The notes beneath the pieces were generated by a model that searched no databases, was not told the DNA's origin, and saw only the letters and a list, made by a program, of their open reading frames with translations. The translations under genes were made by a program, and so were the position numbers. Of a stretch of DNA of 64,000 bases, positions 15,001 through 30,000 are shown piece by piece (position 1 is the first letter of the stretch; each line of letters opens with the position of its first letter). The stretch is from the human T2T-CHM13v2.0 reference genome, Homo sapiens: the NCBI RefSeq assembly GCF_009914755.1, contig NC_060934.1. One strand, given 5' to 3'.

Positions 15001-18000
15001 GAATCAAATGGAATGGAATCGAATGGAATGGAATTGAATGGAATGGAATGGAATGGAATGGAGTGTAATGGAAAGATATCAAATGGAATGGAATGGAATG
15101 GAACGTGATCGAATGGAATGGACTGGAATGGAATGGACTCGACTGTAAAGGAAACGAATGGAATGGAATGGAATGGAAAGGAATAGAATGGAATGGATTT
15201 GGATGGAACGGAATGGAGTGCAATGGAGTCAAAAGGAATAGAATTGAATGGAATTACATCGAATGGAATGGAATGCAATGGAATGGAAAAGAATGGAATG
15301 GACTGGAATGCAATGGACTCGGTTGGAATTTACTCGAATAGAATGGAATCAAAAGGTATGCAATAGTATGAAATGGGATCCAATGGAAGTGTATTGAATG
15401 GAATGGAATGGAATTGAATGGACTGGAATAGAACGGACGCGATAGTAATGAATGGAAATATAATTTATTCGAATGCCTTGGAATCGAATGAAATGTAATC
15501 AAATGGAAATGAAAGGAATGCAATGGAATGGAATAGAATGGAATTCAATGGAATAGAACGGAGTGGAATCGAGTGTAAAGGAATTGAATCGAATGGAATC
15601 AAATCGAGTGGAATCGAACGGAATGGACTGGAAAGGAATGGAATCAAATGGATTCGACTGGAAGAAAATGTGATTGAATGCATTGGAATCAAATGGAACG
15701 GAATGGAATGGAATCGAATGGAATGGAATGGAATCGAATGGAATGGGGTCGAATGAAATGGAATGGAATGGAAAGGAATGAAATGGAATGGGTTGGAATG
15801 GAATGGAATAGAATGGAATAGAATGGAATGGAATTGGTTGGAAAGGAGTGGAATGGAATAGACTCGAATGGAATAGAATGGAATGGATAGGCATCTAACG
15901 GAATGTAATGGAATGGAATGGAGTCGAATAGAATGGACCCAAATGTAATGGACTCGAATGGAATGGACTCAAATAGAATGGACTCAAAAGGAATGGTCTC
16001 GAATGGAATTTATTGGAATTGAATGGAATCAAATGGAATGCAATAGTATGTAATGGAATCGAATGGAATGCATTCAGATGGAATGGACCAGAAAGGAATG
16101 GTCTGGAATACAATGGACTCGAAAGTATTTGGATTGCAATGTAATTAATTCGAAAGGAATGGAATAGAATGGAAAGTAATCAAATGGAATGGAATGGAAT
16201 GCAAAGGAATTTATTGGAGTGGAATCGAGTGGAATGGAATCGATTGGAATTGAATCGAATGGAATGGACTGGAACAAAATGGAATCGAACAGATTGGAAT
16301 TCAATGGCACTGAATCGATGGAATGGAATGGACTCGAATGGAAGGGAGTCGATTCGAATGGAACCAAATGGACTGGAATCAAAAGGAATGGAATGGAATA
16401 GAATGGATTGTAATGGAAGATATCGAATGGAATGGAATGGATTCAGATGGAATGGAGTCGAAAGGAGTGAAATTGAATGGAATGGAATTGAATAGAATCG
16501 AATGCAATAGAATGGAATGGAGTGTAATGGAAAATATCTAATGGAAAGGAATGGAAGGGAATGGACTCAAAAGTAATGGACTGGAATGGAATGGAAACGA
16601 ATGGAATGGACTGGAGAGGAATGGACTCAAATGGAATGGAATGAAAGGAATGGAATGGAATGGAATGTAAAGGAATGGAATTGAATGGAATCAGATGGAA
16701 TGGAATGGAATGGAATGGAATGGACTCAAATGGAATAGAATCTAATGGAATGGTATCGAGTGGAATGCAATAGAATGGATTGGAAAGGAATCGAGTGGAA
16801 TGGATTCGAATGGAACAGGATCAATGGAGTGGTATCGAATAGAATGGAATTTAACGGAATGGAATGGAAGGAAATATAATGGACTCTAATGGATTGGACT
16901 CAAATAGAATGGTATTGAAAAGAATGGTCTCGAATGGAATTTATTGGAATTGAATGGAATCAAATGGAATGCAATAGTATGTAATGGAATCGAATGGAAT
17001 GCATTCAGATGGAATGGACCAGAAAGGAATGGTCTGGAATACAATGGACTCGAATGTATTTGGATTGCAATGTAATTGATTCGAAAGGAATGGAATAGAA
17101 TGGAAAGTAATCAAATGGAATGGAATGGAATTCAAAGGAATTTATTGGAGTGGAATCGAGTGGAATGGAATCGATTGGAATTGAATCGAATGGAATGGAC
17201 TGGAACAAAATGGAATCGAACAGATTGGAATTCAATGGCACTGAATCAATGGAATGGAATGGACTCGAATGGAAGGGAGTCGATTCGAATGGAACCAAAT
17301 GGACTGGATTCAAAAGGAATGGAATGGAATGGAATGGAATGGAATAGAATGGATTGTAATGGAAGATATCGAATGGAATGGAATGGATTCAGATGGAATG
17401 GAGTCGAAAGGAGTGAAATTGAATGGAATGGAATTGAATAGAATCGAATGCAATAGAATGGAATGGAGTGTAATGGAAAATATCTAATGGAAAGGAATGG
17501 AAGGGAATGGACTCGAAAGTAATGGACTGGAATGGAATGGAAATGAATGGAATGGACTGGAGAGGAATGGACTCAAATGGAATGGAATGAAAGGAATGGA
17601 ATGGAATGGAATGTAAAGGAATGGAATTGAATGGAATCAGATGGAATGGAATGGAATGGAATGGAATGGACTCAAATGGAATAGAATCTAATGGAATGGT
17701 ATCGAGTGGAATGCAATAGAATGGATTGGAAAGGAATCGAGTGGAATGGATTCGAATGGAACAGGATCAATGGAGTGGTATCGAATAGAATGGAATTTAA
17801 CGGAATGGAATGGAAAGAAATATAATGGACTCTAATGGATTGGACTCAAATAGAATGGTCTTGAAAAGAATGGTCTTGAATGGAATTTATTGGAATTGAA
17901 TGGAATCAAATGGAATGCAATAGTATGGAATAGAATCGAATGGAATGGAATCAAATGGAATGGACCAGAATGGAATGGACTGCAATAGAATGGACTGCAA

Positions 18001-21000
18001 TGTAATGGATTGCAATGTAATTGATTTGAATGTAATGGAATCAAATGGAATGTAATAAAATGGAATGTAATGGAATGCAATGGAATGGAATAGAATGGAA
18101 TGCAATGGAATGGAACAGAGGGGAATCGAGGGGAATGGATTCAAATGGAAAGGAATCGAATGGAATGGAATCAAATGCAATGGACTGGATTGGAATGGAA
18201 TCGAATGGAATGGACTGAAATAAAGTGGAATCGAACAGATTGGAGTGGAATGGAATGGAATGGAATGGAATGGAATGGAATGGAATGGACTCGAATGGAA
18301 TGGAGTCAAATGGAATGGAATCGAATGGTATGGAATTGAACGGAATGGAATTGAATGGAATCGAAAGGAATATAATGGAATGGAGTGTAATGGAAAGATA
18401 TCGAATGGAATGGACTAGAAAGGAATGGACTGGACTGGAATGGACTGGAATGGAATAGACTAGAGTGGAATGGACTTGAATGGAATGGAAACGGATGGAA
18501 TGGAATGGAATGGAATGGAATGGAACGGAAAGGAACAGAATAGAATCCAATTGGATGGAAAGGAATGGAATGGAATGTAGTCGAATGGAATAGAATCAAA
18601 TGGAAAGGCATCAAATGGAATGGAATTGAATGGAATGGAATGAATTGGACTCGAATGGAATGGACTCGAATGGAATATAATCGAATTGAATAGCATCAAA
18701 TGGAATGGAATAGAATAAAATAGAATCACATGGAACGGAATGGAGTGGAATGGAGTCGAATGGAATAGAATCAAATGGAATGGCATCGAATGGAATGGAG
18801 TGGAATGGAAGGAAATGGACTCGAATGGAATGGACACGGATGGAATAGAATCGAATGGACTGGCATGGACTGCAATGGAATAGACAGGAATGGAATGGAA
18901 TGGACCCAAATGTAATGGACTTGAATGGAATGGACTCAAATAGAATGCACTCGAAAGGAATGGTCTTGAATGGAATTTATTCGAATAGAATGGAATCTAA
19001 TGGAATGCAATAGTATTTAATGGAATCGAATGTAATCTAATCAAAAGGAATGGAGCAGAATGGTATGGACTGGAATAGAATGGACTCGAATGTAACGGAT
19101 TATAATGTAATTGATTCTAATGGAATGGAATCGAATGGAATGTAATAAAATGGAATGGAAGGGAATACAATGGAATGGAATAGAATAGAATGCAATGGAA
19201 TGGAACGTAGTGGAATCGAGTGGAATGGAATCGAATGGAATGGACTGGAGTGGAATGGACTCAAATGGAATGGTCTGGAACAAAGTGGAATCGAATGGTT
19301 TGGAATCGAATGGAATGGATTAGAATGGAATGGAATGGAATGGACTCGAATGGAATTGAATTGAAAAGAGTCAAAAGGAATAGAATGTAATGAGTGTAAT
19401 GGAAAGACATCGAATGGAATGGAATTTAATGGAATGGACTTCAATGGAATGGAGTCTACTGAAATGGAATCGAATTGAATGGAATCGAATGGAATGGAAT
19501 TGAATATAATTGAAAGGAATACAAAGGAATGGAGTGTAATGGAAAGATATCTAATGGAAAGGAATGGAATGGAATGGACTCGAATGGAGTGGATTGGAAT
19601 GGAATGGACTCGAATGGAGTGGAACTCTAAGGAATCGAACGGAATAGAATGGAATAGAGTGTAATTGCAAGATATCAAATGGAATGGAATGGAATGGAAT
19701 GGACTCGAATGGAATGGAGTAGAATGGAATGGAATTGAATGGAATGGAATCAAATTGAATGGAATTGAGTAGAATCAAAAGGAATAGAAGGGAATGGAGT
19801 GTAAAGGAAAGATATCGAATGAAAAGTAATGGAATGGAATGGACTCGAATGGAGTGGATTGTAATGGAATGGACTCGAATGGAATGGACTGGAGAGGAAT
19901 GGACTCGAAAGCTATGGAAATGATTCAAATGGAATGGAGTGGAATGGAAAGGAATAGGATGGAATGGAATCGGATGGAATGGAATGGAATGGAAAGGAGT
20001 CGAGTGGATTAAAATCAAATGGAATGGCATCGGATGGAATGGAATGGAATGGAATGGAATAGACTGTGATGGAATGGACTTGAATTGAACACAATCGAAT
20101 GGAATGGCATCAAATGGAATGGAATGGAATCAAATGGAATGGACTCGAATGGATTGGACTGGATCAAAACGCAATCGAACGGAATTGAATGGAATGGAAT
20201 GGAATGGACTTGAATAGAATGGAATCGAATGGAATTTAAACGAATGGAATGAAATTGAATGGAATCAAAAGGGATAGAATGGAATGGAGTGTAATGGAAA
20301 GATATCGAATGGAATGGAATGGAATGGAATGGAATGGAATGGAATGGAATGGAATCAAATGGAACGGACTCGAATGGAACGGACTCGAATGAAATGGACT
20401 GGAGTGGAATGGACTTGAATGGAATGACATCGAATGGAATGGAATGGAACAGAATGGAATCGAATGGAATGGACTCGAATGGAATAGAATCGAATGGAAT
20501 GGCATCGAATGGAATGGAATGGAATTGGATGGACCCAAATGTAATGGACTCGAATGTAACAGACTCAAATAGAATGGATTAAAAAGGAAGGGTCTCGAAT
20601 GGAATTTATTCGAAAACGGTGGAATCGAATGGAATTCAATAGTATGGAATGGAATCGAATGGAATGGACCAGAGTGGAATGGACTGGAATAGAACAGACT
20701 AGAATGTAATGGATTGCAATCCAATTGATTTGAGTTGAATTGAATCAAATGGAATGTAATCATATGGAATGGAATGGTATGCAATGGAATGGAATAGAAT
20801 GGAATGCAATGGAATGGAATGGAGTGGAATCGAGTGGAATGGAATCGAATGGAATGGACCATAATGGAATAGAATCGAATGTAATGGCATCGAATGGAAT
20901 GGAAAGGAATGGAATGGAATGCAATGGAACAGATCCAAAAGTAATGGACACGAATGGAGTGGACTCAAATAAAATGGACTCGAAAGGAATGGTCTCGAAT

Positions 21001-24000
21001 GGAGTTTATTCGAATAGAATGGAATCGAAAGGAATGCAATAGCATCTAATGGAATCGAATGGATTTGAATCAAATGGAATGTACCGGAATGGAATGGACT
21101 GGAATAGAACAGACTCGAATGTAATGGATTGAATTGTAGTTGATTCGAATGCCATGGAATTTACTGGAATATAATCAAATTTAATGGAATGGAATGCAAC
21201 GGAATGTAATAGAATGGCATGCAATGGAATGGAACGGAATGGAATCAAGTGGAATGGAATTAAATGGAATGTAATCTAATTGAATGGAATGGAATCGAAA
21301 GGAATGGAATTGAATGGAATGGACTGGAATGGAATGGACTCTAGTGGGATTGACTGGAACAAAATAGAATGTAACGGATTGGAATTGAACGGAATGGAAT
21401 GGAATGGAATGGAATGGAAAGGAATGGACACGAATGGCATGGGGTCGAATGGAATGGAATCGAATGGAATGGACCAGAATGGAATGGAGAGGTATAGAAT
21501 GGACTCGAATGTAATGGATTGCAAATATTTGATTCAAATGGATTGAAATTGAATGGAATGTAACGAAATGGAATGGAATGGAATGCAAAGGAATGGAGTA
21601 GAATGGAATGCAATGGAATGGAAGGGATTGGAATCGCATGGAATGGAATTGAATGGAATGAAATCGAATGGAATGTAGTCGTATGGAATGGACTGGAATC
21701 GAATGGAACAAAATGGCGTCGAACGAATTGGAATCGAATGGAATGGAATTAAATGGAAAACACTGGAATAGAAAAGACTCGCATGTAATGGAGAGCAATG
21801 TAATTGATTCAAACGGAATGGAACTGAATGGAACATAATCAAATGGAATGGAATGGAATGCACTGGAATGGAATAGAATGGAATGCAATGGAAAGGAACG
21901 GAGTGGAATCGAATGGAATTGAATCGATTGGAATGGAATCGAATGGAATGGAATCACATGGAATGGACTGGATTGGAATGGACACTAATGGAATGGAAAC
22001 GCATGGAATGGAATGAAATCTAATGGAAAGGAGTAGATTGGAATGGAAACGGATGGAGCGGAATGGAATGGAATGGAGTAGAATGGAATAGAATCCATTG
22101 GAATGACATCGAATGGAATGGAGTGGAATCGTAAGGATTGGAATTGAATGGAATGGAGTGGACTCGAATGTAATGGACTCGAATGGAAGAGAATTGAAGG
22201 GAATTGCGTCAAATTCAATGGAATGGAATGGAAGCAAAAGTAATGGACACAAAAGAAATGGACTCAAATAGAATGGACTCGAATGGAATGGTATTGAATG
22301 GAATTTATTCCAATAGAATGGAATCGAATGGAATGCAATAGTATGGAATGGAATCGAATGCAATGGATTCGAATGGAATGGATCGGAATGGAATGGAATG
22401 GAATACAACGAAGTCGAATGTAACGGAGTGCAATGTAATTGATTCGAATGCAATGGAATTACATGGAATGTAATCAAATGAAATGGAATGGAATGCAATG
22501 GAATGGAACAGAATGCAATGCAATGGATTGGAACTGAGTGGAATCGAGTGGAATGGAATCGAATGGAATGGACTTGAACAAAATGGAATCAAAAGGATTG
22601 GATACAAACGGCACAGAATAGAATGAATGGAATGGAATGCACTCTAATGGAAAAGATTGGAATTCAATGGACTCAAATTGTATGAACTGGAGTGGGATGG
22701 AATCGAAAGGAATGGAAACGAATAGAATGGAATGGAATGGAATGGAAAGGAATTAAAAGGAATAGATTGGAATGGAATCGGATGGAATAGAATGGAGTCT
22801 ACTGGAATAGAATTGAATGGAATGTAATCGATTGGAATGGACTTGAACAAAATGGAATCAAACGGATTGGATTCAAATGGCACAGAATAGAATGAATGGA
22901 ATGGAATGCACTCGAATGGAAAGGATTGGAATGGAATGGACTCGAATTGTATGGACTGGAGTGGAATGGAATCGAATGGAATGGAAACGAATAGAATGGA
23001 ATGGAATGGAATGGAATGGAATGGAGTGGAATGGAATGGAAAGGAATTAAAAGGAATAGATTGGAATGGAATCGGATGGAATGGAATGGAGTCAATTGGA
23101 ATAGAATTGAATGGAATGGCATCAAATGGAATGGAATGGAATGTACTCGAAGGGAATGGTATCAAATGGCGTAGAATCGAATGGAATGGCAACGAATGGA
23201 ATGGAATGGAATGGAATGGACCCAAATGTAATGGACATGAATGGAATGCACTCAAATAGAATGGACTCGAAAAGAAAGGTCTCGAATGGTATTTATTCAA
23301 ATACAATGGAATCGAATGGAATGGAAACGAATGGAATGGAAACGAATGGAATGGAATCGAATGGAATGGTCCGGAATTGAATGGACTGCAATAGTACAGA
23401 CTCAAATGTAATGGATTGCAATGTAATTGATTCGAATGCAATGGAATCGAGTGAAATGGAATGGAAAAGAAGGGAATGGAATGGAATGGAAAGGAATAGA
23501 ATGGAATGGAATCGGATGGAATGAAATGAAGTGGAATGGAATCGAATGGAACAGAATCGAACGAAATCGCTTCGAATGGAGTAGAATGGACTCGAGTGGA
23601 ATAGAACAGAATGGAATGACATCAAAAGGAATGGAATGGAATGGAATGGAATGGAATTGACTGAAATGTAATGGACTCGAACTGAATGTAAACAAAAAGC
23701 ATGGACTCGAAATGAATGGTCTCGAATGGAATTTATCTGAATAGAATGGAATCAAATGGAATGTAATAGTATGGAATGGAATTGAATGAAATGGAATCGA
23801 ATCGAATGGACCAGAATGGAATGGAGTTGAATGGAATGGACTGGAACAAAATGGAATGTAACGGATTGGAATCAAACGGAACGGAAAGGAATGGAATGGA
23901 ATGGACTCAAATAGAATAGAGTCGAATGGAATGGACTGGAACAAAATGGAATCGAACAGATTGGAATTGAACAGAACGGAATGGAAGGGAATCGAATGGA

Positions 24001-27000
24001 ATAGACTCGATTGGAATGCTGTCGAATGAAACGGAATTGAATGAAATGGAATCGAATAGAATGGAATTGAATGGAATGGAGAGGAATAGAATGGAACGGA
24101 ATGTAATTGAAATTTATCGAGTGGAATGGAATGCAATGGACTTGAATGGAATGAAGTGGAATGGAATGGAATCGAATGGAATGGAGTGGAGTGTAAAGGA
24201 CACGAATGGAATTGGAACGAATGGATTGGAATGGAATGGAAAGCAATAGAATGGAATGGAATCGGATGGAACAGAAAGGAATAGAATGGAGTTGAATGGA
24301 ATAGAATCAAATGGAATGGCATCAAATGGAATGGACTCAAACGGAATGGACTCAAAAGGAATAGAATGGAATGGAATGGCATGGAATGGAATGGAATGGA
24401 ATGGAATGGAATGGACCCGAACATAATGGACTCGAATGGAATCGACTCAAATAGAATGGACTCGAAAGTAATTGTCTCGAAAGGAATTCATTCAAATAGA
24501 ATGGAATCGAACAGGTTGCAATAGTATGGAATGGAATCAAATGGAATGGAACGGAATGTAATGGACTAGAATAGAACAGACTCGAAAGTAATGGATAGCA
24601 GTGTAATTGATTCGAATGGAATGTAATCAAGTGGAATGTCATCAAATTGAATAGAATGGAATGCAATGGAATGGAAGAGAATGGAATGCAATGGAATTGA
24701 ACGGATTGGAATCAAGTGGAATGGAATCGAATGGAATGGAATCGAATTGAAAGGAATCGAAGGGAATGGACTGGAATTGAATGGACTCATATTTAATGGA
24801 CTGGAACAAAATGAACTCGAACGGATTGGTATCAATTGGAACGGAATGGAATGAAATGAAATGGATTGGAATGGCAGGGAGTCGAACGGAATGGAACCGA
24901 ATGGAATGGAATTCAATGTAATGGAATTGAATGAAATCTAAAGGAAGAGAATGAATGGAGTGTAATGGAAAGATATAGAATGGAATGGAATGGATTGGAA
25001 AGGAATGGACTCGAATGGAATATACTGGAATGGAATGACTCGAATGGATTGGACTGGAGTGGAATGGACTCGAATGGAATGTTAACAAATCGATTAGAAT
25101 GGAATAGAATGGAATGGAATGAAAAGGAATAAAATGGAATGGAATCGGATGGAACAGAATGGAATGCAATGGATTGGAATGGAATGGACTCAAATGGAAT
25201 GGAATGGACTCGAATGGAACGGCATGGAATGGAATGGACTCGAAAGGAATGGACTGGAGTGGAATGGACTCAAAAGAAATGGACTGGAGTGGAATGCACT
25301 CGAATGGAATGGAAACGATTGGAATGGAATGGAATGGAATGGAATGGAATGGAATGGAAAGCAAGGGAAAGGAATAGAATGAAATGCAATTGGACGGAAT
25401 GGAATGGAATGGAGTCGAATGGAATAGAATCAAATAGAATCAAATAGAATGGCCTCGAATGGAAAGGAATGGAATGGAATGAATCGGAAAGGAATAGAAT
25501 GCAAAGGAATCGGATGGAATGGAATGGAAGGGAATTGAGTTGAATGGAATAGAATCAAATGCTATGGCGTCGAATGGTATGGAATGGAATGGAATGGAAT
25601 GGAATGGAATGGAATGGAATGGACTCGAATGGACTGGACTGGAGTGGAATTGACTTGAATGGAATGGACTGGAATGAAAGGGACTTGAATGGAATGGACT
25701 GAAGTGGAATGGACTGGAATGGAATGGACTCGAATGGAATGGACAGGAGTGGAATGGAGTCGAATGGAATGGAAAAAAATGGAATGGAATACAATGGAAT
25801 GGAATATAAAGGAATAGAATGGAATGGAATCGGATGGAATGGAATGCAAGGGAATGAAGTCGAATGGAATAGAATCGAATGGAATGGCATCGAATGGAAT
25901 TGTATATAAAGAACTCGAATGGATTTGACACGAATGGAATAGAGTCGAATGCAATCGCCTTGAATGGAATGGAATGGATTGGAATAGAATGGAATGGAAT
26001 GGAATGGACACAAATGTATCGGACACGAATGGAATGGACTCAAATAGAATGGACTTGAAAGAAATGGTCTTGAATGGAATTTATACTAATAGAATGGAAT
26101 CGAAAGGAATGGAGTCGAATGGAATGTAATCAAATGGAATGGACTGGAATTCAACGGATTCGATTGGAATGGAGTGGAACAAAATGGAATCAAATGGATT
26201 GGAATCGAACAGAATGGAATGCAACGGAGAGGAAAAGAATGGACGTCAATGGAATGGAGTCAAATGGAATGTAACCAAATGGAACGGAATTGAAAGGAAA
26301 TGAAAGGAATAGAATAGAATGGAGTGTAATGGAAAGATATCGAATGGAATGGAAAGGAGTGGAATCGACTCGAATGGAATAGACTGGAACGAAATAGTCT
26401 CGAATGGAATAGACTGGAACGAAGTGGAATCTAATAGAATGAAATGGAGTGGAATGGAATCAAAAGGAATGGAAACGAATGGAATGGAATGGAATAGAAT
26501 GGAAAGGGATAGAATGGAATGGAATTAAATGGAATGGAATGGAATGAAATGGAGTCCAATGGAATAGAATCGAATGGAATGGCAAAAGAGAGAATGGAAT
26601 GGAATGGAATGGAATGCAATGGAATGGAATAGACATGAATGGAATGAATTCAAATGGATTAGAATACAATGGAATGGCATCGAATGGAATGGAAAGGAAG
26701 GGAGTGTAATGGAGTGATATCGAATGGAATGGAATTGAATGGAAAGGAATGAGCTCAAATGGAATGGACTGGAATGGAATGGACTCGAATGGAATTGACT
26801 GGAGTGGAATGGACTCAAATGGAATGGACTGGAATGGAATGGAATCGAATGGAATAGACTGCAGTGGAGTGGTCTCGAATGGAATGGAAACGAATGGAAT
26901 GGAATTGAATGGAATGGAATTTAAAGGAATAGAATGTAAGGAATTGGATGGAGCGGAATGGAATTGAATGGATTTGAATAGAATAGAATCGAATGGAATG

Positions 27001-30000
27001 GCATTGAATGGAATGGAATGGAATGGACTCGAATGGAATGGACTCGAATGGAATTGAATAGAATGGAATGGCATCGAATGGAGTGGAATGGAAGGGAGTG
27101 CAATGGAAAGATATTGAATGGAATGGAATGGACTCGCATGGAATGGCCTGGAATGGAATGGACTCGAATGGAATGGACTGGAGTGGAATGAACTCGAATG
27201 GAAAGAAACGAACTGAATAGAACGGAATGGAATGGAAAGGAATAGAATGGAATTGAATCGGATGGAACAGAATGGAATGGAATGAAGTCGAATGGAATAG
27301 AATTGAATTGAATGACATCAAATGGAATGGAATGGAATAGAAAGGACTCGAATGGAGTGGACTCAAATGGAATAGAAACAAATGGAATGGTATCGAATGG
27401 AATGGAATGGAATGGAATGGATCCCAATGTAATGGACTCGAAAGGAATGGACTCAAATAGAATGGACTCGAAAGGAATGGTCTCGCATGGAATTTTTCAA
27501 ATAGAATGGAATCGAATGGAATGCAATAGTATGGAATGGAATTGAATGGAATGGAATCGAATGGAATGGACCGGAATGGAATGGAGTGGAATAGAATGGA
27601 CTCAAATGTAATGGATTGCAAAGTAATTGATTCGAATGGAATGGAATCGAATGGAATGTAACCGAATGGAATGGAATGGAGTGCTATTTAATGGAATAGA
27701 ATGGAATGCAATGGAATGGAACAGAGTGGAATCGTGTGGAATGGAATCAAATGGAATAGCATCGAATGGAATGGACTGGAATGGAATGGACACGATTGGA
27801 ATGGACTGGAACAAAATGGAATCGAACGGATTGGAATATAATGGAACGGAATGGAATGGAATGGAATGGAATGGACTTGAATGGAGTGGAGTAAAATGGA
27901 ATGGAATCGAAAGGAATGGAAAAAAATGGAATGGAATTGAATGGAATCGAAATGAATAGAATGGAATGGAATTTAATGGAAAGATATCGAAGGGAATGGA
28001 AAGGAATGGAATCGGATGGAATGGACTGGAATGGAATGGACTCGAATGGACTGGACTGGAGTGGAATGGACTCGAATGGAATGGAAAAGAATAGAATGGA
28101 ATAGAATCGGATGGAATGGAATGGAATGGAGTCAAATGGAATAGAATTAATTGGAATGGCATCGAATGGAATGGAATTGAATTGAATCAAAATGAATAGA
28201 ATGGAATGGAGTTCAATGGAAACATATTGAATGGAATGGAAAGGAATGGACTTGGATGGAATGGACTGGAAAGAAATGGACTCGAATGGAATAGACTAGA
28301 GTGGAATGGACTTGAATGGAATGTAAACGAATGGAATGGAATGGAACAGAAAAGAATAGAATGGAATGGAATCGGGTGGAGTGGAATGGAATTGAGTCGA
28401 ATGGAATAGAATCAATTAGAACGGCATCGAATGGAATGGAATGGAATGGAATGGAATGGAATGGAATGGAATGGAATTAAATTAAATGGACTCGAATGCA
28501 ATGGCCTCGAATGGAATAGAATCGAATGGTATGGCATCGAATGGAATGGAATGGAATGGAATGGACCCACATGTCATAGACTCAAACAGAATGGACTCAA
28601 ATACAATGGACTCGAAAGGAATGGTCTCGAATGGAACTTATTCGAATAGAACGGAATCAAATGGAATGCAATAGTATGGAATGGAATCGAATGGAATGGA
28701 CCAGAATGGAGTGGAAAAGAATGGCCTTGAATGCCATGGATTGCAACGTAATTGATTCGAATGGAATGGAATCAAATGTAATGTAATCAACTGGAATGGA
28801 ATGCAATGCAATGGAATGGAATGGAGTGAAATCGAGTGGAATGGAATCCAATGGAATGGAATCGAATGGATTGGAATCGATTGGAATGAGCTGGAATGGA
28901 ATGGACACGAATGGAATGGACTGGAACAAAATGGAATCGAACAGATTGGAATCTAACGATACGGAATGGAATGGAAGGAATGGCCTCGAAAGGAATGGAG
29001 TGGAATGGAAGGGAATCAAATGGAATGGAATCAAATGGAATGGAAATGAATGGAATCAAAAGGAAAAGAAGTTAATGGAGTGTAAAGGAAAGATAACGAG
29101 TGCAATGGAATGGAATGGAATGGACTTGAATGGAATGGAATGCAATGGACTCGAATGGAATGGACTGGAGTGGAATGGACTCGAATGGAATGGAAATGAA
29201 TGGAATGGAATGGAATGGAATGGAATGGAATGGAATGGAATGCAATGGAATGGAATAGAATGGAATGGAATCGTATGGCACTAAATAGAATGGAATGGAG
29301 TCTAATGAAGAGGAGTTGAATGGAATGGCATCGAATGGAGTGGAATTGAATGGATTTGAAAGGAATGAACTCGGATGGAATAGAATAGCATGGAATGGCA
29401 ACGAATGGAATGGAAAAGTAGGGAGTGAATTACAAGATATCGAATGGAATGGAATGGAATGGAATTGACTCAAATGGAATGGACTGGAATGGAATGGACT
29501 CGAATGGAATGGACTGGAGTGGAATGGACTTGAATGTTATGGACTGGAGTGGAATGGACTTGAATGTTATGGACTGGAGTGGAATGGAAACGACTTGAAC
29601 GCAATGGATTGGAATGGAAAGGAAAAGAATGGAATGGAATCGGAAGGAATGGAATGGAGTGAAATGGAGTCAAAAGGAATAGAAACAAATGCAATGCAAT
29701 CGAATGGAATGAAATGCAATGGACTCGAATGGAATGGACTCGCATGGAATAGAATTGAATGGAATGGCATGGAATTGAATGGAATAGAATGGAATGCAAT
29801 AAAATGGAACGGAGTGGAATCGAGTGGAATGGAATCGGAAGGAATGGAATGGAGTGAAATGGAGTCAAAAGGAATAGAAACGAATGCAATGCAATCGAAT
29901 GGAATGAAATGCAATGGACTCGAATGGAATGGACTCGCATGGAATAGAATTGAATGGAATGGCATGGAATTGAATGGAATAGAATGGAATGCAATAAAAT

